Below are positions 14,177 to 28,257 of a stretch of 64,000 nt of DNA, in pieces. The stretch comes from Chrysomallon squamiferum. Its lineage: Eukaryota > Animalia > Mollusca. How positions within the stretch are numbered: position 1 is the stretch's first letter; each line of letters starts with the position of its first letter. The position numbers were made by a program, and so were the translations under genes. The notes under the pieces were generated by a model that was not told the DNA's origin, did not search any database, and worked only from the letters and a program-made list of their open reading frames with translations. The DNA lies in assembly GCA_012295275.1 (NCBI GenBank), contig CM022673.1, forward strand, positions 20,770,001 to 20,834,000, given 5' to 3'.

Positions 14177-15492
14177 ATATTCTCCTGTCTTCTCACTGAT
14201 ACTGTGAAGATACTGTCAAACAAGGCAAAGACACATCGCTTTAAACTACCAAAGAATTATTGATTATTTAACAATCCTAGATTAATGTCACACAATTATC
14301 GTTTTGTATTGCAAGCAGAAACTGTACTCATTATAAACCTTCCATTTATTTATTTCGTTTTATCTAATCGTATTTCTACCCAACTGTGCATGCATTCATA
14401 TTTGAGTTGGTGTATTGTCTGTCTGTCTTTCATTCTCTGTTAGATCCTTTGCTCTGTTAATCAGACATATTACTTTTAAGGTTTTCAATCCAGAGGATGT
14501 ATTTGCGTCAGTGATTATTTCATTATCTTAGGAAAAGAAAAACAAACAAAAAAAGAAATAAAATGGAATAAAACGAATTCGTAGCTTTTTGCGTTTCGAA
14601 ACTGCACGTATAAATCCGATTTAAAGAAAGAAAAAAAAAAAATATATATATAAAAAAACAGTGGATTGATGATATTGTGGTTTTGTTTATTCAGCTTCAT
14701 CTTGTACGTGGTATATTTTGTAGTTAAAATGACAAATACAAATATTTAATATTTCAGTGATCCTAAAGTTTATTAAATCGTTAAAAGGAAGGAGAACGGG
14801 ATAAAACTCAAGCGCGAAACGGTTAGCCCGAAGTATGACTGGGATATTACAAAGTCCAGTAATTCATTAGTCAAACGTGAAACAGTCGTTTCCTAGCTGC
14901 TCGACTGATGTGTGGACGAGAGTAACGATGACGTTGCAGCAACGCGTTTATTCTTTCATTAATCATAATTAAATAACAGCAAAAACTATCCTTAAGCAAA
15001 ACACATTCCTTTATTGTTTATAATGTACGACTTTAAGCATTTTAATCTGAATCAAACCTTAATTTCTTCTTCTTCTTCTTTTTATTTATTTATTTAATTA
15101 CGATGTTTTTTCATGGGTACACATTTTTATTTGGTAGACATGATGTACGTACTTTGTAATCGATTTCTTCATAATTATTTAAGAACTCAAATATTATTGT
15201 CAAATTTTTAAATTTTAAAATGATAAAATTAATAATAATGATCAAAAATAGTTAAACAAGCGCCATTTAACATCGTACGTACCCGTTTTTCGTTTTCAGA
15301 CTAAATTGCAATTTTTATAATGTGAAGTTTTATCGTTTCCAGTGGAATTCTGATTGCTTAGGCATAATGGTACGAATGAAAGAATATCATACTGTTATTT
15401 GAAATAGAAATCTCTGAAAATAGATACAAACAAGAGAGGCATCGAACGACTGCCAGAAAAGAAAGAATCATGCTGATACTTTCAATGAATAT

Positions 15493-15764
15493 CAGCGGCG
15501 GATCCGTTATGAAACTAATGAAGCTTAAATTTCAGGGCCCCTAGTCCAGAAGCGACATTAGTCCAAATTGGTTCAAAATTTTAATCTATATCTATTTTAA
15601 TTATAGCGGCCATGGTTAAATAATAATAATAATAATAATAATAAAAACTTCTTGGAAAAAGCCCACTGAGACGAAAACAGTGGCTGCCAGAACCTTGTTG
15701 TTACTAGTCAAGTGCCTCAGTAACACATCAAGATCAGGGCTCCAGAAATGTAGGTCCGCAGCTG
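15493..15764. mobile_element. hAT-like MITE (272 bp)
   Basis: Ends CAGCGGCGGATCC and GGTCCGCAGCTG form an imperfect TIR starting with CAG. The flanks ATGAATAT and ATTAATAT match at 7/8, consistent with an aged 8-bp TSD. Confidence 0.65.
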
Positions 15765-16152
15765 ATTAATATTGCAGACATTAATTAAAACCGTATACAA
15801 ATATTATTAATAAATCAGTTATTTGACAGCGGTTGAAATCAGTGACGTATGAACTGTATGGACATTCTGTTTCTTTCATTAGAACGCCATAAACAGTTAG
15901 GTCTTACTCGCCGATCGTGGACAGAAAACAGAGCATGCTCCCAGGTTTATATTATACATCATCCATTTGTCCATTTATTATAGTGAATAATGCTAGTAAT
16001 TAACTTTATGACTGCTACTCACATTTAAATATTTCTAAAAGTATGAATTATTGGTTTCTAAATCGCAAAGATGTGCTTAACCGGAAATGGAGCTTCAGTT
16101 CGCTTTCACTTAGTTTATATTCTACGTTCTAAAATTGTGTTAAATGAAATTA

Positions 16153-16201
<49 letters not shown>

Positions 16202-19118
16202 TGTATTATTATTATTATTGTTATTGTTGTTGTTGTTATCATCACAGTATATATATATATTAAAAGAAAAGAAAAAATAACAACACAGTACAAAATAATA
16301 TAAATTTATTATTCATAATACCGTATATAAAGTGATTTCTGTAACAATGACTAGATTTAAATCACCTCCATAACTAATCGAGAACTGGTTTTGAAAACAG
16401 AGGAAAAAAGAAACAAAGCTTCTGCAGTATTAGACACAATATTACAGTATTTTAAAGTTTTGTTAATTGCTTAATCAAAAAGTATTTAAAAATTAAAGAT
16501 AATTAAAATTCACAAACGTTAGTGCAGTATGAATGAAAATAGTTGATATATTTGTACTTGCGAGTGAGAGACAGAGACAGAGACAGAGAGAGAATGGACA
16601 AAGTCTCTAAATTTAAATCAATAAAATAGTTCATGAAAGTCTGAGAAACACATAGGTATATAAATAAAATAATAAGTAAGAAATTAATCTAATCTTATCT
16701 TTTTTCATTTTCAAAAGATTTATTACTCTTAAAATATATTTTTGCGAGACGTTATATATATGGAAATTATATTTATAAAAGAAATATATATAGAAAACAC
16801 ACACAAACACACACACACACAATGAGACAGCGTGTTTTTATTTTGCTTATACAAATTATCAAATATTATCACAAAATTCCATTTTTAGCTTGCTAATATA
16901 ATATAAAAATAAAAACTATCGAGTTAAGTCATTTACATCTAAGCTTACTATTATACTAATGCTCATGTATTCCAGAAATCAACTTTTTACAACCTATAAA
17001 AATGTGCATGACACTACTGACTAGACAGCATATAATTCTCTGCTACGCTTATAAATATACATAAACATGAAAAATATTTACAATTATATATTATATAATA
17101 TTGGTTTCTATTTATGTACATGTGTGTGTGTGTGATTTAAATGAATGTATGTTAAGCCATCATATCGTGCGAATGAGCGTAGGTAAAGTATTAGAACAAA
17201 GGTTGTGAGATAAATTAACACTACGCAAGGTTATGAAGAGAGTCTAAAATGCAACATGTCAAACTAAGTTGGGTCACGTGAAAAATGAATACTTGTCTCA
17301 CACGCTATGTAAACGTTAAGTATTCTGTCATGCTGCCTTTAAACTGGTAGCTTGTTTCAAAAATATTATTGCGTCCCCGGGCCTTTGCTATATACATTTT
17401 ATAAAAAATAAAATAAAATAAAAGAAGAAAGATATAATAAAATCAATTTAAAAAAATCAAAACAAGTAAAAAATAATACTAATAAAGCAAACATCAGGAA
17501 GAATTTTTTTGAAAAAAAAAAAAAGAAGAAAAAAGTAGAAAAAAGAAAGAATGAAAACAGAACATGGAAAATTACGAGATCGATAAATTTCAGGGAAAGT
17601 ATTATGCTAAGACATAATGAATTTATTAGTAACCAGTGAAAATAAGATTCTTTTTTTTAATTTGCGTCGATTATTTGAATATGACAAACTGCATAGCGAG
17701 TTTTCATCTTCATATAGCTCTTAATTTTTTTTAAATAAATGTTATTTGTAGTGCTGTCAGAACTCAGAATTAAAAACAATAAAATGAAATGGAGTGGGGA
17801 AAAATTGTCAAATAAAAGAAAATGAAGGGGAAAATATTATAAGTACACGTCAGTATTTGAATGCATTGAAAATATTTATTTATTTATTTATTTATTATTA
17901 TTGCATTCTTTTTCTTTATTTCCATTTTAAATTATTTTTTATTACAAATTTACATCTACATCAACACCATGATTTAAAAAATTATAATTTATTACTTCCA
18001 TTTTTTTTCGTTATTTTCAAACTTTTTTTTATTATTATTATTATATTTATTTTTCATTACTGTTTATTCATGTTATACCTATCATTAACAATAATATTAT
18101 AAAATCTATTTATCATAATGATAACATGATGTATATCAAGTCAGTGCAGGTAAACATTGTCGTCTGTAAGGGTCATGTGCTATAATCAGAACAGCCACGC
18201 ATATAGCGCTTTTTTCTTTTTTCTACAAAATACAAATTGTTAATATAAATGAAAAATCGACTGCCTTTGATGTTGATGATAATCTACTTAAAAATATCAA
18301 CAGAATGTTAAGAATCTCACGTCGATAACTTGCAAATTCAAATAATATCTTGATGATAATAATAATGATAATGATAATTATAATTATAATGTATATAAAT
18401 AAATAAATAAAAATAAATAAATAAATAAATACAAAGAAAATTGGAGAAATTTTCAAATCAGCAAATTCAGTGACCTAAACATTACCTTAAATATTAATAT
18501 GGAAGCATGCTTTTCGTGGACACAAGAATTAAGACACTTGTTCAGTGATTCACTTAATGATTTAAACAAAATACCGACAGTGACTCAGCAATTAAACATG
18601 TATAGTGACCATGATATCGCATTAGCAATGATAATAGGTTAATATAATAGACACGACACAAATCTGGCGGCCATGATATAATATAATACCAGCGACATGA
18701 GTTTAAGGGTCATGATGAATATGTAATGATAATGATATTAATATAGCGGCCATGAAAAAGAAACTAGTTAAGCCATCATGACTTCTGATATTGACAGTGA
18801 TTTATGAAGTGAATAGAGACATGCGATTTTATCTCTGAATATAACAGTCAAGATACAAATCTAATGACCTAGATATGAATGTATTTATAATGATTAACGG
18901 GCATAATTTGAATTTAATGACTATGATTCTGAATTAAATTTAGTGATACTGTCAAGTACTATCAAGTCAAGCCAGTACTCTCACATATTATGATTCAAGA
19001 ACAGTATTCAGCGACTCGAATAACCTAACATATGATTCATGACACAAAACAGGTAACTCTAGGCCATGGATCACGACTTATCATTTACTTCATTTCCCAT
19101 GGAATTAAACTGCTGTCT

Positions 19119-19933
19119 TCAAAACTCGTCTACTCCGTAGCTGTCCTGAACAGAGCACCAGTGCCCGTATCCACTAGACAGAAAGTGATCGTTGAGGCTC
19201 TCTTTTGTTCTTGAGTAGTCTTCAGCCATTTGTTTTACCTGCCTGTAAGACAGACCCATGAGGTCTTTGCGGTTGAATCTCTCACACACTTTGTGGAACT
19301 GATCGAAGAAGGATCTTTTAGACAGCCTAGAACGTGGACCACTTACAGGACTGAAAAAATAAGCTGAAGTTTAAAAAAAATTCCTATTTTGTAGTTTAAT
19401 GATTAATTATAAATTTTAATGTATCTAGTTTGTACGTATATATGTATATCGGTCATTTGAAGAAATAACTTATTGCAGGCATTAATATTTTATACAACAT
19501 CGTCTTTGATTTCTAAAATATATTTTTAATTTTTAATTTTTTTAGTTTTTTCTTTTATTTTATACAATATCATTTAATCATGGTATAATGACGTACCCGC
19601 CGACCATTGCTCCCGTTACGCCGTCAAGCACCTCTACTCCAGCATCACCAAACGTCCAGTTGATGCAGTACTGTCGAGACTTGATGATGTTATATGAGTC
19701 GTGCAGGTCCTCCTCGGGGTAGAAGATGTCAGGTGTGTTAACTCTGTATGGCATTTCCACGGTTTTCTCGAAGGTTCTATTCTTCAGTCTCTCGTACAGA
19801 GCTCGTGGTACATGTTCTCTCTGATCACCAGCGTAACTTCCTAGGTGATGTGAAGAGAAACTTCAGAGTGAAATTAACTCGGACATGCATTCACGCACTT
19901 TCAGAAACAATATTTTACATATACTTGTATGTG

Positions 19934-20025
<92 letters not shown>

Positions 20026-22042
20026 GTCTATCAATCTGTTTATTTGTGTGTTTGTGTTTATGTGTATATGTCAAAAAACCAGTATAATATAGGAAGAAAA
20101 GCAACTCGTCTAACCAGAGAATAAACATTCTACTTCTAATACTAATACTACATCACACACCTATTATTACCGTTGAAAGATAAATGGGATCAAGAAAGTG
20201 ACTCAGTAGTGCTCCCTGCAGACCAAGAACATTCCAACGACAGATTTTGTCTGAACAGGTCATAACCCGCATTCTTTCATTTCCGTTTTCCCAGGGTGGT
20301 ACGCTGGAATCGGTTGGAATGGCTCCTTCACCTAGAACAGAAGTACAATAAATGTTCATTATCGACGTGGTTGTCGTCGCATAATCATCTACATTAATAC
20401 CATTATCAATCAAACGTAATTCTCAGTAGCAAATTCCGAAGATATGTTACCATCGTTAAATAATGACTGAATTATTATTTAATTATAACATAAACGGATA
20501 AACAAAGCATGTCTTACCATCTTCTATTAATGTCCGAAGCTGTCCTTGTTTACGCAAAGCTTTCATCCTCTTTGGTCCATTCCTAAGGAAGAATAAATTA
20601 CATATATTACTAGTGGCAGTAGTAGGAGTAGTAGCAGGGTCATTAATTGTAATAATTGTTATTGTATTAATAATGACAAAAGTGTTACTACTGACCTCGA
20701 TTTCACGGAGCTCGGTTTTCCGGATTTCACGGAGCTCGGTTTTCCGGATTTCAATTATGGAAAAAAAAAAAAAAAAAATTTGAACTTACCGCCATTTCCC
20801 ACTTGAAAACATAGCTCTAGTTTAAGTTAATAAGTTACTCTGAGTTATCCTATGCGATCACGGCAACCCCGTATCAACCCTCTTTCCATCAAAGTACTAG
20901 TAAAATTTTACAAATGCATCAATAACCATCCTAATCTAACAAAACCAACCCTACATTTTTCTGCTGTACTGTTTTCTTTACATTAGTTTACATTGTTTTT
21001 TGGTCTCTATTGTTCTTATATTGTTATAGTCCTGAGAAATATAGTGTTATGTGTACTAAAGTTTAATGTTTCGGTAAATTTCAGGGTTAATGTTTAAATT
21101 CGCGATATTCCGGACTTTGCATTTTCTGGACCCGTGCCCCCCATTAGTCCGTAAAATCGAGGTCAAAGAAATTCTTGTGGTTCTAGTATCAGCCTGAGGC
21201 ACAGCATTATCTACTTCAAAAAAAAAACCAAAAAAAACCCCCAACAACAACAATAAAGCAAAAGGAAATAGAAATAAGCAAGTATTAAGCAATTCAGACT
21301 CTCTCAGGACTGCAATGTATATCATTTTGGAATATGTGAAGGAACTTCTGAAGGGTGTATGTTTTCTTTTTTAATTTAATTAAATGTTTTATTTCATTAT
21401 TGTTAAGAAAATACTAAAATAAAAAAAGGTCTTATAATTTCGTTTTTTTTTTTTTCTTTCTTCTATTTTTAAATAACAGTAACATTATAACTAATTTTAT
21501 TACATTAATAAATTTGTTGCAAGTAAGTGGAAGAATTCGTTATTCTTACTTTTTACTTGCGTATACAATGAATTATTTCCCTTAGTAAACTTGTATTTGG
21601 ATACCGGATACTGACTCTTTTTTTTTTTGTTAGACACATTAGAGAGATACGTTTTATACATAAAGTAATAAGAGAACACTAGTATTCTATACTGTTTGCC
21701 ACAAACATTATAAACTTTCTGTAGCTTTTTAAAAAAAAAATTATATTATTCTTTATGGACTGTTTCATATAAATATTTATTGTAATTTAAATATCGGTTA
21801 TAAAATATTTGTTGTAATTTTAACATTATTGGTTATAAAATATTTATTATAATTTTAACATCGGGTATAAAATATTTATTGTAATTTAGCCGTTATGCTT
21901 TTGGCAGTGTTTCAAAGACACACACACACAAACACACACACACACACAACATTAAAAGCATACGAAAAAATAACATCGTTCTGACTAACTGGACGATGTC
22001 GGACTTAAATAAATAAATCAAAAATAAAATAAAATAAAATAA

Positions 22043-22097
<55 letters not shown>

Positions 22098-23178
22098 TAA
22101 TAATAATAAAAATAAAATAAAACAAAATAAAAAAACAAATAAATAAATAAATTGAAGAAAAATAATAATAATAATAATAATAATAAAGTATACAATATAA
22201 CATGGAAAAGGGAATGTCCTATCTACCCTATAGTAGGAAAGGCTGATGCATCACCACATGGAGGCCTGCTGATGTAAAGATGCAGTTTGACGTCATCTCG
22301 TAGTTTCAATTTTCCTGTCTCGCTTGGCTCAAACAGGTGATGACCGCGCTTCGACACATACCTGTCTAACTGTTTGTAGAGATATCTAGAAGTAACAAAC
22401 AGCGGGTCAATAAACTAAATTAAAATATAGGCCTGTAACAACGTAATTATATAACTTTAATAAATGAGAGAAGTTATATTTTAATTTTAAAGCAAATAAC
22501 AAAGATAACATGACATATTTTCTGTCTCCTGTCCACATACATATAAATATTATTTATATCTACTAGTTGCCATTCTTCTACATGCCCGTTATCTCCTTTT
22601 ATACATGCATACAATATTTTAAAAACTTAATTACAGCCATATTCTGTTTTAAAAGCTGTTAAATATATTCAGAATACAAACATTCAGAATAAACGTTTTA
22701 GATCTGTTTCATTTACATAACAGTAGTAAAAAGTAATATATATATATAAAATGTTTTAGACATTACGATTAACCCATTTCTTAGATCATGTCCCAAAAGA
22801 CTGAATAATCCCTGTCATGTACCGAGTTAGTGTAATCAGGTGCGAGTCCAGAATTTCAAAATGAAATGAGGATCATTACAAAGTGAAGATATCGTCTGTA
22901 AGTTAATAGGGAACGATCCAGGTGCGGGTCGCACCTCCAGATCCGTTTACAGGAAGATTTTGTAATAGAATTTGGAACAAAGCCAACTAACTTTACTTTT
23001 TCAAACAGCTTGAAATGACCTAGTTATAAATAGTAATGAATAGTGTTTTCTTAAGTTGTAATAAATGACAAGGCTGTATTCCTCAATCCTTTATTTACGA
23101 GAATATATATTTAAACTGTGTTTTTATTAAGTTCTGGTGCTAACAGCACACATTCTTCTTCTTCTTCTTCTTCTTCTT

Positions 23179-23209
<31 letters not shown>

Positions 23210-24506
23210 TTATTATTATTATTATTTATAATATTTACCTGACAAAAGCACGTCTTGCAATTATTTCAGCGTGGGAGTCGATGATTCTGCTTCCATTATC
23301 ATCCAGATGGTGACTGAGAATACATCGGTTACCTGCAATATCAACAACAACAGCTCACATACTTTGAATTAATAATAAATAAAAACGTCATTTTGAAACA
23401 TTTTAATGAATGATAAACAAACTGCGACATCTCAAGTATTTTATGACTGATGATAAATAGTGGAACAACAAACTCTCTTCAAATATTAATTTTGCTATTA
23501 GCACATTAATACAAATATGTTAATGTAAGTACACAGCCGTATCTGTGTGTCAAAAAGTAACAGAGAGCATTTGTAGTGTGGAAAAACAAACATAACATAA
23601 TTTGTTTTTTTAGCTACTATTAAAACTATTTCCATTATGGTAGTATTATTACAGCTGCAAAAATGCTTCTTGTTGACATTTACTTTCACTACAAAAATAA
23701 AAATTAAAAAAATAAAAATTAATGAATGTGAATTATTTTTAATAGTAACAAAACAATAAATATGCATACATGCATATATTCATACACACACACACTTACG
23801 TATATATATATGTATGTGCAATGTATAACAAAGATACAGATGTAGACAGATAGATAATAATATAGGTCAGATAGATCGATAGATAGATATTTGATAAATA
23901 CTTTTTAAAATAATTATCATTTATAAACATACATACATAATACGAAACGTATAAAAAACCCAATAAGTATTATTTTAAGACATGTATGGGTTTTTTTAAT
24001 CTATGTAGTACGTACCAAAGATCGCTAGCTAACTGATTGTAACTGTAAACGCTTGATGACACAACGTGTTACAGGATAATGTTTATTACGAACTTCAAAC
24101 TGATTGCATTATATCCTTCAGTGTACGTTTGCATGACAGGAATGTACACAATAGTTAATTCACGTCTGTTCATGTTTGTGAAACCGTAGAATAATTACTC
24201 GCTGGTTCTTTTTTTTTTTTGTCCTTCGGTGTGATTTTTAATGGAACAAAAGATACGTTATTTTAAAACAAGAGTACAAAACTAGGTCAGCGGTTTATTC
24301 TCGGTTGTTCATCGTTGTTTTGCATACTTTAAATACTTCCATGGGCGTTTATTTTAGTTAGGGATGGATAGGTGAACGAGTGTTTAACGATACAAACATA
24401 AATTCTAACAGTTATTACAGTCCAAAACTATTGTTTCTGTAAACGATGTTACGAGAAAGACTAACCACAGTCTCCATGAAATATTCTTAACAGTGAGCAG
24501 TAACGG

Positions 24507-24565
<59 letters not shown>

Positions 24566-25531
24566 TTTATTTTTATTTTTTTCTTAACGAACTTCTGAAA
24601 AACAGAACACACTCTTGAGCAAGTGTTGAGTTTAGATAAATCGTTAATGCGCGGAAATGGTTCTTTTTTGCGTGAATTGCAGTTTAATGAGAGACCGATA
24701 TTGAGATTTCTTGTTTTTGTTTTTGTATGCATTTTCCTACTGAGAGGAAAACATAAAACACAACATTTGACAAACTAGAATAACACATCAAAGGGCCAGT
24801 ATTTAATAAGCTTCTCTAACACAGAACTAGACCACTATTCCTAAATTAACAGTAGTAATATGTATGTGTGAATGTATGTGTGTGTGCGTGTGTGCGTGTA
24901 TGTGTGAATTGTGTGTGTGTATGTGTATGTGTGTGTGTGTGTGTGTGTCTGATAGAAAGTATTTTTCAGACAAAACAGTTGTTAGTGCTCATCTCAAAAA
25001 CTCAAGTGTTCAAAAATATGTAATTGTGATTTTTCACTGGTATTAATATTATATGAAATATTTGTGCTACGTCAGTTAAATCAGTAGAGTAAGAAAACAC
25101 TTGAAACAAAACTGTCTAATTACCATATTCTGAATAAATCTGGAATACTAATAATATTAACGTTTTGTAAATATAACGATAATTATATAAAAGGGAAATA
25201 TATTCTTAATTAAAATAAGTAAAATATAAAATTTATTTATTCTGTTTAACTTACAAACGATGAACAAAATTCATTTTTCATACAGTGCGAATTTAAACTA
25301 TTAAGCACTTTTTAACGTTTTGCATTATGCACTCAAAACAAATTTATTCAAATGATCTGTCTGTCATTAGCCATTTATTCTTCTTATTCTTCGTCATTAT
25401 CATCATTGATCATTATTTTCTTCTTAATTTTTAATACATTTTAAATTATTGTCGTCTATGTCATTATTATCATGGTCATCTTTACTATCTACATAGATAG
25501 ATAGATAGATAGATAGATAGACAGACAAATG

Positions 25532-25566
<35 letters not shown>

Positions 25567-27010
25567 TTTTCTATCATAGAAAACTTCATGAAATAGTGAA
25601 CTTTATTACCTGTCCCGAGACCAACAACAATTATTTTCCCATGATGCATTTCGAGAGCAATGGCGGCGGAGATTTTCTCTTTGCTGTAGTATATGAGTTG
25701 GGTTTCCTCAGCTTGCTCTAACACTCCTCGTACGAGAATGCAGATTTTATGAGCATGGATCAAATCGTTCTTTTCATCTATGTCTTCATTCTGAATTGAT
25801 AAACAGTTCATTAAAGTTTATATCGAGTTTAAAAAAAGAACATATATTATAATTTAACTTGCAACATACTTTATTATTTATAATCTTCCATAATTATCTG
25901 CATAACCATTCACTGAATCATAAAATTATATTAGATAAATACGATACAGATGTAGTGTTCCTATATTTTTTCTTTTTAACTAAATGCAGATTAAAATCAC
26001 TTGCAAAAGTTTCGTTTTACTCTACATTTGAAGACAATAACCTCGAATATCTATCTTATATCTGCGTCTATATTTCAGTTAGTGGGACAGAAGATAGAAG
26101 AACAACGTTAAAGATTGTTCCAACCATCACACATCTCTATTTACAACTATTTCCAAAAATATCAAACCATATTTATGCGGTAAGTATTATATAAAACAAT
26201 TATTTAAAACATTATATTACATTACCAAGACAAAATTCGCGTCTTTTAATTTCTTTTTGCCGTTGTCAAAAATCGCTTTGAGGGCTTTCTCTGCTGCTTC
26301 TTTCTTTGCTAGTTTCTTTGAAGAACCATTACCCTGCATATACCGGACATTATTCACTACACAGGACGTGTGGAAACTGAAAATAAAGCAGAAAATACAA
26401 AACTCATTTTGTTTCCTGAAATATATTCCGTGGACATTATCTGTTGATATTATGGTTCATTTCATTTTTAATAATTGAAATGGCTTTGTAATTTGTGTAA
26501 ATTGGATTAAAAAAAATTAAAATATAAGTAAAAAAGACGAGGACCAAGAGGAAAGAAGGAAAGAAAGAAAAAAATGCACACCTATATACAAACTCACAAA
26601 TTATTTATTATTTATTTATTACTATTGTTTTTGTTTGTTTTTTGTTTGTTTGTTTTTGTTTTGTTTTTGTTTTGTATTGTCGTATTTTTTGTTTGTCTTT
26701 GTTGTTTTTTTAATTACAAAAATCGGTATAAGAAATATAAGGTCCATATTTTAGAACTTGTAATACAGTAATTGGAATTTTGAATTTTACCAAGCTGCGT
26801 GGTCTGGACCAGATCTCGTGTATGGCGTGAATTCGACTGAAACCTCTTTTGTCTGTCCATACTCCATCAGAACACTAACAGGGTCTCTGTCGCCGTACTG
26901 GGAGGAAATTAGGGGACATGGCCCTCCGGCCATTGTTGATCCCTGAAATAAATACAAAATTAGTTAAAACAGAATCAGCTATTTTGTAATTTAAAATTTA
27001 AAAATGAAAT

Positions 27011-27042
<32 letters not shown>

Positions 27043-27535
27043 ATTTTGTGTTTCATTTAAGCTAAAACAAAACGAAATACACAATAACAACAAAACTAAA
27101 TAATAAGTGTTTTAACATATTATTGTGATAGTGATAATGATGATTATGATTAAATGGATACTAACTGGGATTAATCTATGATTTCAGAAAATGCACGAGT
27201 ATAAATTGTTAGTATGGTGACATCAGCTAGCTAATACAAAAGCTGATGTACCCAGACCTCTCTACAGCTGCCCGATTTTCAAAATGTATTCACCGTGGTA
27301 TTACTTTTATGAAAGATGTAAGAATTTCAGGCCACGACGAATAAATAAACCAAAAACAATTCTGAACCAAACAATGTTCACTCCCTTTGTTTTTAAAAAA
27401 AAGCCGAAATACACCTTTAGTTTAACCGTATAATATTGTCAATGTTTGTATATTACTCACTGTTTTTCTGCATCGCAAAGGAGCATTATAATTTGAATAT
27501 CCAGATAATTTTCTAAAAGTCTCTTTCTTTGCCAT
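19119..27535 (-). CDS. ADAR-like dsRNA adenosine deaminase family protein: one dsRBM plus deaminase domain (507 aa)
   Basis: Exons 27535-27461, 26942-26791, 26376-26226, 25790-25610, 23332-23239, 22385-22227, 20582-20518, 20331-20161, 19840-19597 and 19350-19119 splice GT-AG in frame (1524 nt). dsRBM: [11 protein letters not shown]...GPDHA...[18 protein letters not shown]. Deaminase motifs: [51 protein letters not shown]. The choice of first exon is uncertain, and there is an in-frame internal ATG at 26933. Confidence 0.92.
19936..20020. repeat. (CT)n microsatellite
   Basis: Direct reading. Similar tracts lie at about 30799-30867 (CT), 32170-32253 (GA) and 8935-8973 (CA). Confidence 0.95.
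20692..21165. mobile_element. MITE-like element (possibly Tc1/pogo-type) in an ADAR-like intron
   Basis: An 18-bp TIR, TGACCTCGATTTCACGGA (20692-20709) versus TCCGTAAAATCGAGGTCA (21148-21165), has one mismatch. There is an internal 23-bp tandem duplication at about 20699-20744. No clean TSD is visible. Confidence 0.65.
21768..21888. repeat. Minisatellite, about 31-34 bp x 4
   Basis: Repeated unit TAAAATATTTATTGTAATTTTAACATCGGTTA with variants. Confidence 0.75.
25494..25566. repeat. (GATA)n/(GACA)n tetranucleotide microsatellite
   Basis: Direct reading. Confidence 0.9.
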
Positions 27536-28211
27536 TATTTTTCTTCTTCTTGTTTTTAAAGTTTTGTTGCACGAGTTAATGAGTAAATTAGACGAAATTT
27601 AGTAGGACAGATATTTATGACTCGTGTATCATAATTACATAATATTTTCATACTCGTATTAAGTCATATTCAACAGCAGTCTTCTTAGAAGTGTTTATCT
27701 TTGCTTAATGATGTTGATATAAAGGTTCATGTACGATGTTCTTACGATGTAAAGGTTGAAAATCGGTTATGTTTGAACAATCTGTTATCATATGTGTTAG
27801 TGTGTACGGCTTACAAAAACAAGTCAAAGGTCATTTTAAGTAGAGCATGGTGGCGGGGAAAATAAAGAAAAAAATTTAATAAAAAAAATAACAACAACAA
27901 TAATAAATAAATGTATTTCTTAGAATCCAATTAAGAAGACATTATTGATAATAATTTTGTGTATTTCAAAGGCGTATTTCTCAGAAACATGTGGCGATTG
28001 TTTAGGAGTTGGTACACGTGTTTTCCAGAAACATTCTGATGCTGGTGATAGAAGAGAACGCCAAATTAATACAGAAGAATTAGAAATTACTTTTCACTTA
28101 CATCTGATGTAATCAGTTATTTCTTTCTTTAGACGCTACCCATGTTATTAAATTATGACGTAACAAATCAAACCAAGTGAATTAATACTATTGCTATTAT
28201 TATTATTATTA

Positions 28212-28257
<46 letters not shown>

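Noticed and set aside
19748-20128. ORFs with SLSLSL or ERERER runs, and similar poly-I, poly-N and poly-F ORFs elsewhere
   Set aside because: They are translations of microsatellites and AT low-complexity DNA.
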